Source of the DNA: Gnetum montanum
Taxonomy: Eukaryota > Plantae > Gnetophyta
Length of the DNA: 64,000 bases
Assembly: GCA_015680685.1 (NCBI GenBank)
Contig: MNCI01001941.1
Location: forward strand, 430,515 to 494,514
Reading direction: 5' to 3'
Part shown: one piece after another, positions 1-12,182 of the stretch
How the letters are laid out: every line of letters begins with the position of its first letter
Numbering within the stretch: position 1 is the stretch's first letter
Program-made: the position numbers and the translations under genes
Notes under the pieces: model-generated
What the model saw: the letters and a program-made list of their open reading frames with translations, nothing else
Told to the model about the DNA's origin: nothing
The model's database searches: none

Positions 1-155
1 CAACACCAACAAGACTGACGTCTCCAAGGTAAAACCTTCATACAATGCTTTCACTTCAAAGCACACAATGATAAAAAGGCTACCCCAAACCTTCTATTTA
101 TGAAGAAACATGAGGACCAAACCCCAATCCTAATACATGTGGGATAAAACACCAA

Positions 156-265
156 CATTAATGATTGTAACCACCACCATTAATGATTGTAACTATCATC
201 ATTAATAATTGTAACCGTCATCATTAATGATTGTAACCGCCACCATTAATGGTTGTAATCGCCAC
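156..265. repeat. 22-bp minisatellite (CATTAATGATTGTAACCRCCAC) inside the A LTR; 5 copies, with a 6th at 8327-8346
   Basis: Unit starts at 156, 178, 200, 222, 244 and resumes after element B. Absent from the sister LTR at 10542. Confidence 0.9.
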
Positions 266-1154
266 TGATGAGTCGCCATTTTAGTTAACCGTGATATCGC
301 AGCCTGTCTCCTCATTTGTAAATAAGAGGTAGATAGTTCCGATAAGCAGTTTTTCAGTTCTTAGTTTAATTGTTAAGTTTTATGTAGTTCTTCTCTTAGC
401 CCTTCTCTCCTAGTGTATGCCCGCAGTGTGGTGATTGTAATTGTACAACATCCTTATTCGAGTGTGACGTACTTGGACATGCACATGACCGGAAATAAAN
501 ATCACACTTAGGCTAGCTTAGATTCTTTCTCACCCTCTCCCTCTTAGCTTAGTTAATATCACTTTCCATTACACTCAGGAGTAGCATTAGTATAGGAACA
601 CGTCGTATACCTCATTTTGGACTAAACCATACGTGACAAAGTTAACACTAGTTCAGATGGAAAGACAACGAACTGCAACCTAAGAATAACTGTCTTGATA
701 CCACAACTAGCCCGTCTTCAGAGTTCGACTAGATCGTGCGTGAAACGCTCGTATTCGTATGGTTNTGGAGTTCGACCAGATCGTGCGTGAAACGCTCGTA
801 TTCGTATGGTTGAGTGTAGGTGTACCTCGGCACTCATCATTGGTGCCGTTGCCAGGGACAGTGCTAGTTATCTAGATTAGTTATATCATACAAGGTTGCT
901 GTATAGGAATTAACGATATATCTTTTAAGAAGAAATAATTATAAAAAGTCACATATAAAGTCACACACAATTTCACAATGATGCCTCTCCTACAAGACTA
1001 TAATAATGCCACATCTAGTGAGGAAGTTCATTGGAGAACCAACGAACTATATGACAATGAAGGTTGGAGTACGCAACCTGAGGTGGGGGTTTCTTATAAA
1101 CATAAACGAAGGCAACATCATCCCAACGCACGAAAGCATAACTTACCCAATAAC

Positions 1155-2600
1155 GATGAACCCCTACTGGCCACTACAAGCTTAACGTAAATACAAGAGG
1201 CTGTTCGAATCTCCCGTAGGCATCGTAAAGAGAGCCGCCTACCCAGGCTCAATTTAAACAACTTCCCTAATTTCTCAGGAGGCTATGACTTAGATTCATA
1301 TCAACCTTTACAAGCCTTCTACAATGCCTGTACGTGGAACAACATTGATAACAGTTGGCAAAAACTCAAGCTCTTCCCTATGACACTCGTTTGCCAAGCA
1401 AAAGTATGGTATAGATCATTAAAACCAAATTCAATACGACGTTGGCCAACAATGGTAGAACTCTTTAACGAAAGATATCAAACCTATGCAAGAGTGTNNN
1501 NNNNNNNNNNNNNNNNNNNNNNNNNNNNNNNNNNNNNNNNNNNNNNNNNNNNNNNNNNNNNNNNNNNNNNNNCAACTATACGAACTACGAACCCATCAAG
1601 TCCAAGAGCTTATTAAGTGGGTAGCAAAAGAAGAAGGAGAAATGGCTAGATGGGAGAGTGTTGAAAAACATCAACAGGACCAAAAACTCAACTTAACAAA
1701 GGTCCATAATCACAAAAAGGAGAAATCAACCAATCTCAAGGGGGGAAAACCATCTTTGCCAGTACAACATTCATTAGAGGAAGTCGAGGCAAAGATCAAT
1801 AAGATGTTGGAATGGACGCATGAAAAGTGTGGAGAATATATTGATATCATTGGAGATAGAGTTTTGACAACCTGAGAAGCAGGATAAAGTATCATTGGAC
1901 AATCAGAAAGAAGGGATAAGGAAAATAAGAGCTCAACTGCCAATCACACGTATGAATGCAACATTTGCCTGTATGATCACCCCAAGGGCCAATGCCCAAT
2001 CTTGTTACATTTATATGAGCATTGGGGAAGCACGTTACATCTCGAGTTTGTACAGAGATACTGTGTTCAATCACAGTGGCAACAATCCCAGTTGTGGGGG
2101 ATGCCACCCCTAAACTGGAGACACTTTTCATATCATCCGAATTCAAATGCTTATCTAGTCCAATTCCCTGTTTCTCCAACTGGGCCAGTATACTCTATCT
2201 CACCGCATTATCATTCTCCTCAATACTATCAGCCCATGTCCTCAACACAACCATCACCTTGTGCACCTTACACTTCTCCTAATTTTCAACATTCTCATCC
2301 TTTTCCTCCTACATCGCCACTAACTGTTCCTGAAGTGTTTGCACCGCAGCAACAACCCACGAATGTTATTTGTGCTACTATTGCCAACAACAGTGAGAGG
2401 CCTCCTCAACATCAAAAGCGTCCCTTCTTTAAACATGACCGTAAGAAGGGACAACACAATTCCAAGGCCACTGCATTCTCTAACTCAGCACAAGTCCAAC
2501 ACTGTGGTGCACCCTTCCCTTCGAACCAACGCCTCATGTCACCTCATCAAGGCCACCAATTAACACTCCAACCACCATACGGCCCAATGAATACAGCCAT
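1155..2600 (+). pseudogene. gag: Decayed gag of element B
   Basis: Fragments DEPLLAT, KLKLFP-TL, WYRSLKPNSIRRWPTMVELFNERYQTYARV, QWQQSQLWGMPP and KRPFF align with the intact F gag (60316-62802). Contains stops and frameshifts. Confidence 0.88.
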
Positions 2601-4287
2601 GGAGGGCGACATCCTGATCCTTGCATACCATTTAACGGTCATAATTATCATAGTGGGTCAACTCATTATCCGAAAGCTACATCTTATAAATTGCCCCACT
2701 ATGCTTACTATAATCAGGTGTGTGAACCCCGATGGGGTAAGTATGACCAGGTCCCAATATTTCCAACATGCAAGGATCCTCATCTTTCATTTATTAATCT
2801 TTGCCATCCTCAACCGTTTAGTTATGGGGGATATCCCCCATTTTAATAACAAGCAAGATTAATAAATATTTTTCATTTTCTTCAATTTTACAACTTTTTG
2901 TTTTCCAGTTTTTCATTTTTCAATTTCTTGTTTTACCTTTTTGTCTTTTTGTCTTTTTACGTTTTTATAAGTAATCTCGTCTACAAATAAAACACTCATG
3001 TGGCTCGTTGGTTGAGATGTGTTTTATGTTATCGAGTCTCGAGTGATCAATTATGTGGATAGTGAGCCCATTACACCCACTCATCCATTCTACAAATAAG
3101 AGGTTGTGATCGAGGGTACAATGATATTCTTGACATTTTTAAAAAACTTAAAATTAATTTTGTGTTCATTGTACCCAGAATGAAGAAGGATGGATCAAGA
3201 GGGAATGATTAGGGTGTGACATCAAGGGGACTTGCCGATTCTCTTTGGTGATGTTTGTGAGAGTTGTCATGCAACGTGGTTGTACTAAGATCATTGTAGA
3301 TCTAACGAAAAATGGGAGTAAGAGTAATCAAAAGGTACTTAAAAATCCAATGCTGTCCTAGGGGGTCCCACTGGAAAGACATGCACCCATGCTTGAAGGT
3401 TGGCGGTTTCTTTGGATTTAGCAATCATAAAAAAAAAAAAAACACAAAGGAAGTGCCACAAAACAAAAATCACTCCTCCCTTGAACAAAATGCCAAGTGA
3501 TCGTACGCCTCATTGTTTTGGTACTCTCATGGTCGCTCATCATGGGATGAAACAATGCGGTGTCACTGATCGGAGAATGGACTTGGTCCTGATCTCGGAA
3601 CGACAGGTTAATGGCACGTTAATCATGCTTTTCACGTAGGATTTATTGTGCCCTAGGTTGGTTACCTCATGTCCCAATCTCTACGATCCCTTCTATACCT
3701 CGTCTCATCTCACTGTTCGTGTAATTGTAGCTCGTGTTGTGTGTAACGTAGAATTCTTACCTCATTCCGGTGATATTTACATGTGTGTGTTTTGTGGAAT
3801 TAGTGTGGATTACATTTAACCCTTCGAGTGCCCATGGACACTTTTAAGTGTGGTTATGCAAGGGCATTAAAGGTTGGAACCTGCTTTGGGGAGGACCCAC
3901 TTGCGTAATTTTTGTAATTTGCACTCATGACCCATCTTCCACACAACATTTATTACCCTTAGCATATTGCCAACGATATTCTTTCTCTTATTTACTATCC
4001 CTCCGAATTTCAACGTTCTTATGAACCATTACATGGCCTTTTTCTCTCATTTACCACCCGAGGCCTTATTGATCAATTCCACCCACATATAATTATATGT
4101 GCCTTCAAAACTATCTAAATTACCTTAGAACCCTTTAACACGTGCCCACATCTCCTTAATTTCCACTTTGAATTCCAGAAAAACCTTCAAAATTCGGTAT
4201 TTTCCCTTGGGCCTAAACATTGATAGGCCACGATATCGCGTACGTGATATCACGGCCGACGTGATATCCCGTCGCATCAAACTATAT

Positions 4288-4329
<42 letters not shown>

Positions 4330-4771
4330 NACAATTCACGTGGGGGAGTTTTTCGAATTTTTCTCTACGACTTGTGATTGTGAGACCCTTGCTTTTATAC
4401 CTATATCTCACTCGCTGGTACTTCGACTTTCATTCCGTTTGAACCTACTTGAACCCGGAGTGTTCAGCTTAGTTGTGGGGGAGGGACACACACCGAATAG
4501 CACATAACTTTTTTGGAATTTTTCACCGCCCGAAGGACATCATCAAGGGTAATTAGCTATAACATTAAGGATAATTGTGCTGAAAATAATTTCATCCCTT
4601 TAGGTAGACCGGAAAACTAAAATTGGAAACCACCTAAGTAAAACGGACTCACTATTATAATCTTTCGGGAAACATCACACAGAGATAAAAATAAATTAAT
4701 TAAGGCAAGCAGTAAGGTATAACTTAACTTCGGAAACAACCTTACTAACGCTTGGCCTCGTGTGATTGCAG

Positions 4772-7324
4772 ATGGCCCCGAAACGTGGACAACAGGAAGG
4801 TCCTGCTCAAGGTGGAAGCAAATGACCTAGGAGAGGTGAAGAACAAGTCCTTGCCGGACAACATGGAGAGCAGGAGGAATAATCATTTAACATTCATCAA
4901 GAAGACCCTGTTACTGTACAGTCCGGGTAGGTAGAAGGAGGAGCTGCTGCAGCGCCTAAACAGGGACAACATTTCACATTGCCCCAGAATTGTGTTCAGG
5001 CTATCCACGAAAGGTCCACATTCACTGCGGTGATTGTGGAATTAAATTTTGAATCTTTCGCAGAGTTTGCTCCTGAGGTTGTTAGGGACCACCTCAAAGA
5101 GTCTCCCTTATGGCCTATCCTCTCTGCAAGTAGTGCCTGGTACCTAGGGGAAACGTACCAGTTTTGGCACAATAGAGAACAAGGCACCACCATTAACATT
5201 TGTGGTGTGACAGTTGACTTCTCTGTGCAGGCCATTTCGGAAGTATTAAACCTTCCGAATACAGGGCCCAAGGTTGCTCAGTTGTCTACCCGTTTAGACC
5301 CTGATGTGCAACAAGTTTGGTTGAAAAGGGCATATGGCAAGGATAAGGCATTTGGAGAGTTGATGATGGAAGAGAGGATCTATTTCAAAATTGGAACGTG
5401 TCACCTCTTCCCCACGAAGGGCCTAAAAAGGATTTCAACATATGCGGCAAGGGGGTGTGCAATGCTGATGTGAAAGGTTAATGCTAACCTGCCTTATCTA
5501 TATTTCATGGAGATCCTGAGGCGGTTTGAAGAACGGAAGACAGGGAAGCTTGCATTACCCTTCCCTTGTCTTATCAGGAAGTTGTGCCAATGTGCTGGTA
5601 TCAGAGGATACACTAATGATGTCCTCTGAAAAGCCCAGAATGCTTCATATGCTAAATTGTTAAAGCCACCAGTTGCAAGGAAAATCATTGGTGAGATGCT
5701 GGGACCAGAACAAGAAAAAGAATAGACAGCTGGACCAACTGCAAATCAACTTGCAGGACCCAGCCAACTTCCAAGTATGGGACCCAGCCAACAACAGGAA
5801 GCAGGGCCTAGCACGGGCCAGGATCAACCACCACCGNNNNNNNNNNNNNNNNNNNNNNNNNNNNNNNNNNNNNNNNNNNNNNNNNNNNNNNNNNNNNNNN
5901 NNNNNNNNNNNNNNNNNNNNNNNNNNNNNNNNNNNNNNNNNNNNNNNNNNNNNNNNNNNNNNNNNNNNNNNNNNNNNNNNNNNNNNNNNNNNNNNNNNNN
6001 NNNNNNNNNNNNNNNNNNNNNNNNNNNNNNNNNNNNNNNNNNNNNNNNNNNNNNNNNNNNNNNNNNNNNNNNNNNNNNNNNNNNNNNNNNNNNNNNNNNN
6101 NNNNNNNNNNNNNNNNNNNNNNNNNNNNNNNNNNNNNNNNNNNNNNNNNNNNNNNNNNNNNNNNNNNNNNNNNNNNNNNNNNNNNNNNNNNNNNNNNNNN
6201 NNNNNNNNNNNNNNNNNNNNNNNNNNNNNNNNNNNNNNNNNNNNNNNNNNNNNNNNNNNNNNNNNNNNNNNNNNNNNNNNNNNNNNNNNNNNNNNNNNNN
6301 NNNNNNNNNNNNNNNNNNNNNNNNNNNNNNNNNNNNNNNNNNNNNNNNNNNNNNNNNCAAGGCACTCAAGGCCTTACAAGAGGAAAACAAGCAGCTTGTT
6401 GCTGACAACTTTCAGTTGACCTTTGTGGAGAAGCAAAAGAATGTTCTCGAAGAGCATTTCCATTAGTTGCGAGAACAATTCATCCAGGTCAACCAAGACA
6501 TGAGCCATTTAGCCAGGGATAATCGAACCCTCTTAATGGAGAATGTACGTGCCATCCGCCAAAAGATAGCTATCGAAATAAGCGTGTGGAAAAATGAGGC
6601 TAAACGACATGAAAAGCTAAAGGAGCACTTTCGGGACTAGGTGGGGATGTACAAACAGATCCTTGAGAAAGAGATCCATATGGCCAAGGCTCACATCAAC
6701 GCTATCAGTGCTCAACACACTGATTGGCGGGCCATATTGGACACATATGCATTTGCCCACCAGGCGGAAGTTAAGAACCGGGACCTGCAGATCCAAGATC
6801 TTACAGAATACATGGAGTTGGCAAATCTACGGTATGCCAACCTTGCCATGTTAACAGTAGGACGCTCGAGGACAGAGCTCGATTAACAGGTAGCTACCAC
6901 CTACAGCAAATATGAAACAGAATTTGCAGAACGCAAGAAGATATTGCAAAAACTGGAGATTGCAAATTCTGAACTTGAGGTGGTGAAAGCAAGCTATCAA
7001 GGATAGAAAGGTGTCGCAATAGATTTGGCTCGACGGCTTGCGAATTTTCAAGAATATAAAGACAAAGCCAGAGCCTATGAGGAGGAACGATGGGTGTTTG
7101 CGGCTTGGTATGTCAAGGCAAATCAAATGTTTCTGCAACTACCCTGCCTATGGGAGGTGCCGACTCCATCAAACGTCGGAAAATTAGCATGGACGACACA
7201 AGATCCCCGAACCGAAGAGGAGAAACTCCAAGCCATACTTCAACGCTATCAAGTCCCAAGACCTGGAGCACAAGACAAGGGGAAAGCACCTATGGAGGAG
7301 CCACCGCCACCAGGAACTACATGA
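4772..7324 (+). pseudogene. Env-like / extra 3' ORF of element B (plant retrotransposon accessory protein with coiled-coil C-terminus), disrupted
   Basis: ATG at 4772 (MAPKRGQQ...); in-frame segments 4979-5473 (VDFSVQAISEVLNLPNTG), 6641-6886 and 7025-7324 are separated by stops. Lies between an internal PPT-like tract (AGTTGTGGGGGAGGGA, ~4471-4486) and the 3' LTR, the position of the Athila env-like ORF. Confidence 0.72.
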
Positions 7325-10300
7325 GTTCCACCAATTTTGTAGTTGTAGGATTTCCTTTCGCATTCCTTATGGTGTGTCTCAATTTTGTTTTTATTCCACA
7401 CTGCGGCATAAACCCATTTTCACGATTCAATAATCTTGTACCTATCCACTGTGCAATCAATAGAGCTTGTTCTCACTGTAACTCGAGGACGAGTTTTCAT
7501 TCAGTTGTGGGGGTATGATGAGTCGCCATTTTAGTTAACCGTGATATCGCGTATGTGATATCGCGTACGCGATATCGTAGCCTGTCTCCTCATCTATAAA
7601 TAAGAGGTAGACAATTCTGATAAGCAGTTTTTCAATTCTTAGTTTAAGTGTTAAGTTTTATGTAGTTCTTCTCTTAGCCCTTATCTCCCAGTGTATGCCC
7701 GCAGTGTGGTGATTGTAATTGTACGACATCCTTATTCGAGTGTGACGTACTTGGACATGCACATGATCAGAAATAAAGATCGAGATTTCTTCGTCATTGC
7801 AGCATCCACTTAGCTTAATTATTTATTTAATTGTTATTTACTGCTTTCTTAGTTAATATCTCTTCACCCTAAACTCCTGTTAAACGCGAAATGAGTACAA
7901 CTTGATTACGAGCATTTAAGTGTGACTACTTGGTAACCCAGTAGCGTATCTAGGATCTGCACTTGGTAATCCCAATGGTAGTTGTGCACGAAGTCCAAGA
8001 TGTGTACGGATGATCGAGGAACGGATGCTCATCGCACTTAGGCTAGCTTAGATTCTTTCTCACCTCTCCTTCTTAGCTTAGTTAATATCACTTTCCATTA
8101 CACTCAGGAGTAGCATTAGTATAGGAACGCATCATACACCTCATTCTGGACTAAACCATACTTGACAAAGTTAACACTAGTTCAGATGGGAAGACAACGA
8201 ACTGTGACCTAAGGATAACTGTCTTGATACCACAACTAGCCCGTCTGCAGAGTTCGACCGGATCGTGCGTGAAACACTCGTTTTCGTATGGTTGAGTGTA
8301 GGTGTACCTCGCCACTCATCAGCCAGCATTAATGATTGTAACCACCAATCCTAATACATGTGGGATAAAACACATCCCCACATCAAATGCAACATAAAAG
8401 AAAATACAACAATTAATGTATTTGTCTTCATTTTTCCAACAATATCTTCCCCATAGACATAGTGCTCTCCGAATCAACTGAGGTCACCATTGGTTGCATC
8501 TTTGTACATGTGCTACCTGCAAAGACTGAGACAATAGCTTAGAAACATAGAAGTTAGCAGGAACATGATCAGCACATCAACCTCATATACAACCGTCAAG
8601 TATGATCATATAACAGAGAAATATCACTCTCGCAACATCATAATGAGCAAGACCTCAGCAACATGCATAGAGATCAATCATGCAAAATATTGATGGGTCA
8701 ATTAGATACACTCACACAAATGAATTCATCATGAGGCACATCTAGAGAGAGCTAGAACACTCTCAAAATTCCAAGATTCATATACAACAAACATTCCTAA
8801 CCACTGACACTGGTTCCAACCAAGATCAAAATCTCAACACATTCATAAGAGGCGTGGGCAATAAGGAATCGTTATCTCAACTCAAAAATAAGGTGGAAGA
8901 CTAAGGTTTAGCCTACAATAGGTCTCCATAAACCAATTCTCGCTACGACGAGCAACATCAAGGAGGATGTGTCCACAAGAAAAACTTCTCATCAAAAGAG
9001 GTGTGGTCTCAACAAGAACCAACAATAGGATGACCCACACCAAAAGTCTTCAAATCAAAGTGCCCAAAGAAATGTCACCAATCAAAAGAGTAATGCCACA
9101 AACCCAAGGGCAACACAACCAGCTCAAACAAGGGAGCAAAACTCACGAAAGGTCAGCAACAAGGGCAATCTTGCCTCAAGCGCAAGAGGTTGTCAAAACA
9201 AGACAACAGACATTTGGCTTTAGGATGGCACAAACGGCCTCAAAATGCATCCTCAACAATCCCAACAACAAGTCATCATACTACGTAGAACACAAAGCCT
9301 TGCATTATGAATGATAGACACGACAAAGGTAACACACATGCAGAATTTGAGAACGCAACCAAGAAGACATGCATACACAAATTGATAGACATACAATCAC
9401 AAGCACGAACATACGAAGTCTACTGGCAATGGTCTTAATCCACCCAGAACAAGGCTCACCAAAAGCACATGTTTGTAGGCCCTCCGTCTTGAGGTACTTG
9501 GGAACCAACATGTCCCAAGTTGTAATTCACATACTCACTATATCTAGGGCGAGTTGGAGTGCAAGGATATCACATCCTACACAATTCAATCAATGCCATC
9601 TTCATACATGTCATCTGGGTGGAAATCGAAGCGGAGACTAAGTCTGATTCATCCTAGATGAATCACTGGAGGCCAAAGATAAGAGCTCCTCAAGCAACAA
9701 TGATTTATGAGTTGCCAANTCAAAGATAAGAGCTCCTCAAGCAACAATGATTTATGAGTTGCCAATAGAACTCTCCTCTACCATATCAAGTGAAACCACA
9801 ACTGGTCCAACCACAAGTAAACACGTGGAGAACAATACCACAATGCAATCGTATACATCCTCAAGGAGAACAACATACATCAGTTGCTTACAATGTAACA
9901 TCAGTCCCCTCATGAAGAGCGTAAAAATATCACCGTAAGGAAACTCTTCAAAGAATACATAAGGATATGATCCTAGATCACCTAGGTATCAATATGAAGG
10001 GACCATTAATAGAACAACCTCTATGGAGTAACACAACCAAAGAGCACATGCATATCACAACACGATTTCAAAATGCTCTGATACCATCTGTAACAACGTT
10101 GCCCTGACATTGTCCAGCACCCCAATGAATTCAGTAAGATCCAATGGAATTGGGGCAAAAGACCTGGGGAATACGCCTCTAACAAGCAAGCATCCCAAGA
10201 AAGAGTACAAGCAGAAACATAGCTTCTTAATATAAGTATGAGAATGCACCTCAAGGAGGATAACTAACTCCAAATGAGGACCTTGCAAACAAGCACACAA

Positions 10301-10541
10301 ACAACCTTATAGACAACATCGGTGGAAGGGAAAATGATGCATTTACAAGGAATGGTGCCTCACCCCTAGAACCCTCACATTCTGGTACAAGGTGTGGCTT
10401 GGCACCAGACCAGAACTATCCAATCCTAGTTGCCTACGTATCTACAACCACCGTTGAATTAGGGCCATGTAGTTCTCCATGTGAGGGTAGTATGAAAAGA
10501 ACTTAGAGAGAGTTGCAATAGGAGGGTGTCCTGTTGCTGAC

Positions 10542-12182
10542 TGTTGGAAAAATGAAGACAAATACATTAATTGTTGTATTTCCTTTTATGTTGCATTTGA
10601 TGTGGGGATGTGTTTTATCCCACATGTATGAGGATTGGGGTTTGGTCCTCATGTTTCTTCATAAATAGAAGGCTTGGGGTAGCCTTTAGTGTGTGCTTCA
10701 AAGTGAAAGCATTGTATCAAGGTTTTACCTTGGAGACGTGAGTCTTGTTGGTGTTGATCTGAGATCTGTTGGAATAACAGATTGTGTGTTTGAAAAGTTG
10801 CAAGGACGGCTTGTGTCCTTAAGATTTGAGAAGAATAGAAGGCAGATCAGCATTGTTGTGGAAGTAGGGTAAAAGGGGCCCGAACCACGTAACTCTCTGT
10901 GTTCTTGTGCTATTTCTTTTTTACTGTTTTCATTCTGCTTTCATTCTGTTATCACAGCAAATGTTTGCTAGAGTTTGGAATGTTTTGAGAGTGGTTTATA
11001 GTGTTTCTTACAGTGCAATATTTTGCCTCTAATGATTTATTCAGATCTGTAGGGTTTCTAATAATTTCTCTAGAGCATTTGTAGTGTGTTTTCAGATCTG
11101 ATTATAACACTGACTTGGTACCACCAAGCTGGGATGGGTTTTTTCTAACACTTGAGAGCCACCCAAGGATGCCTCAGAGTGTTCCATGGCCCCCGAACCA
11201 TGGGGAGAGCCCAGGAGAACCACCACCCTGGGACATCTCTCATAGTCAATGTTACTTTCTGCTCTGAACTTTAAAACTAACAACAAACATCCTGAAAGTC
11301 ATTATTTCAACATCAAAATTCATATACGATTGAAGATACACCATATCTTTTCTAGAATAGTGTCAAAATCTTAGAAATCTCAACTTCAAAACTGCATGTG
11401 AGTTTTAACATCCAGCGTTAACTCTTTGTTAGCTCTGCAGAAGAAGACCTAACGTTAGAGTTAATGGCCAACATGAACCCTTTATTAACTTTGACCCGGA
11501 CATCAGTTGACATTTAATGCCAACTCTCAACATTGGTGTTAATTTTGCTAAAGAACAGTTAACGCACAATGTTAACTATTGACATTAACTCTCAACATTG
11601 ACTCTGAAAGCTGAATAGTTAACGCTCAGTGTTGACTCCAGCGTTAACTCTGTGATTGTTCACATTTCATCTCCCCATCAAAGGCTTTGAAGAGACTATT
11701 TTTCGTTCTTGTTACAACCCAGCAATCTCATTCTATCAACCTTGATATTCCTATGTTACACTTGTGAAGCTACCTTCATTCCCAACGTTACTTCTTGGGA
11801 ACCTGATTTCACAAGCTGTCTTTCAGCCTCGGGTGAAGCTGATATTCCAGAATTCACTGCAGAAGCAAGGCAGACAAATTGAGGCATTCTTCCATCTAGC
11901 TAAAGACACTCAATTCCTTTTTCTGTTGGAGAATTCTAGTTTTGTTTGGAGAGCACTTCCATCGTATCCTCATCCCTATTGTAATGTTCAGCGTCCTGTT
12001 CATATTTTACAATTACAGCTTGATTCATTGTTTTGGTGATTTGTTGCTGTGATTTTCTTAATAAAGAAGCTATTGTTTTTTGCTTGTCACCTCATTCTAG
12101 TTTAATTATCTGCTTTAATTTTTTTCTTTACTGTTTGAAATTTACATTATCTTAATTTTCTCATTCTTTTGTGCTTCCAACA
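10542..12182 (+). mobile_element. Solo LTR of family A, opposite orientation to the copy at 1-8441
   Basis: Termini TGTTGGAA...TTCCAACA. First ~215 nt match the reverse complement of the A LTR. No PBS follows. GTTAAC-rich palindromic cluster at ~11410-11650. Confidence 0.78.

Larger units (their letters stand above)
266..8321 (+). mobile_element. Element B: non-autonomous Ty3/gypsy (Athila/Tat-type) LTR retrotransposon
   Basis: LTRs 266-839 (assembly n at 500 and 766) and 7516-8321, both TGATGAG...CTCATCA. TSD GCCAC (261-265)/GCCAG (8322-8326). PBS TGGTGCCGTTGCCAGGGA at 841-858 (tRNA-Asp type typical of Athila). PPT AGTTGTGGGGGTA at 7503-7515. Confidence 0.93.
1..8441 (-). mobile_element. 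Element A: 3' LTR of a copia-type LTR retrotransposon (pieces 1-265 and 8327-8441), split by element B; LTR runs off the left edge
   Basis: Reverse complement of 1-155 and 8346-8441 matches the LTR at 10542 onward (TGTTGGAAAAATGAAGACAAATACATT...). Preceded on the minus strand by the PPT-like TGGGGAAGATAT (8442-8453). 8454-~10300 is probably decayed internal sequence with no recognisable domain. Confidence 0.75.

Noticed and set aside
720-812. Tandem duplication in the B 5' LTR (similarly 9675-9763 and 57216-57270 versus 57653-57707)
   Set aside because: Each abuts an n or N-gap, and the first is absent from the 3' LTR; most likely contig-overlap artefacts. The shorter B 5' LTR (missing the RNA module) is likewise explained by the n at 500.
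4289-4330. Poly-C tract and the poly-Pro/poly-Gly ORFs across it
   Set aside because: Homopolymer ending in an n; its length is unreliable and there is no coding support.
8967-10300. Short ORFs in the region internal to element A
   Set aside because: No recognisable retroelement or host domain; the A/C-biased composition yields chance ORFs.
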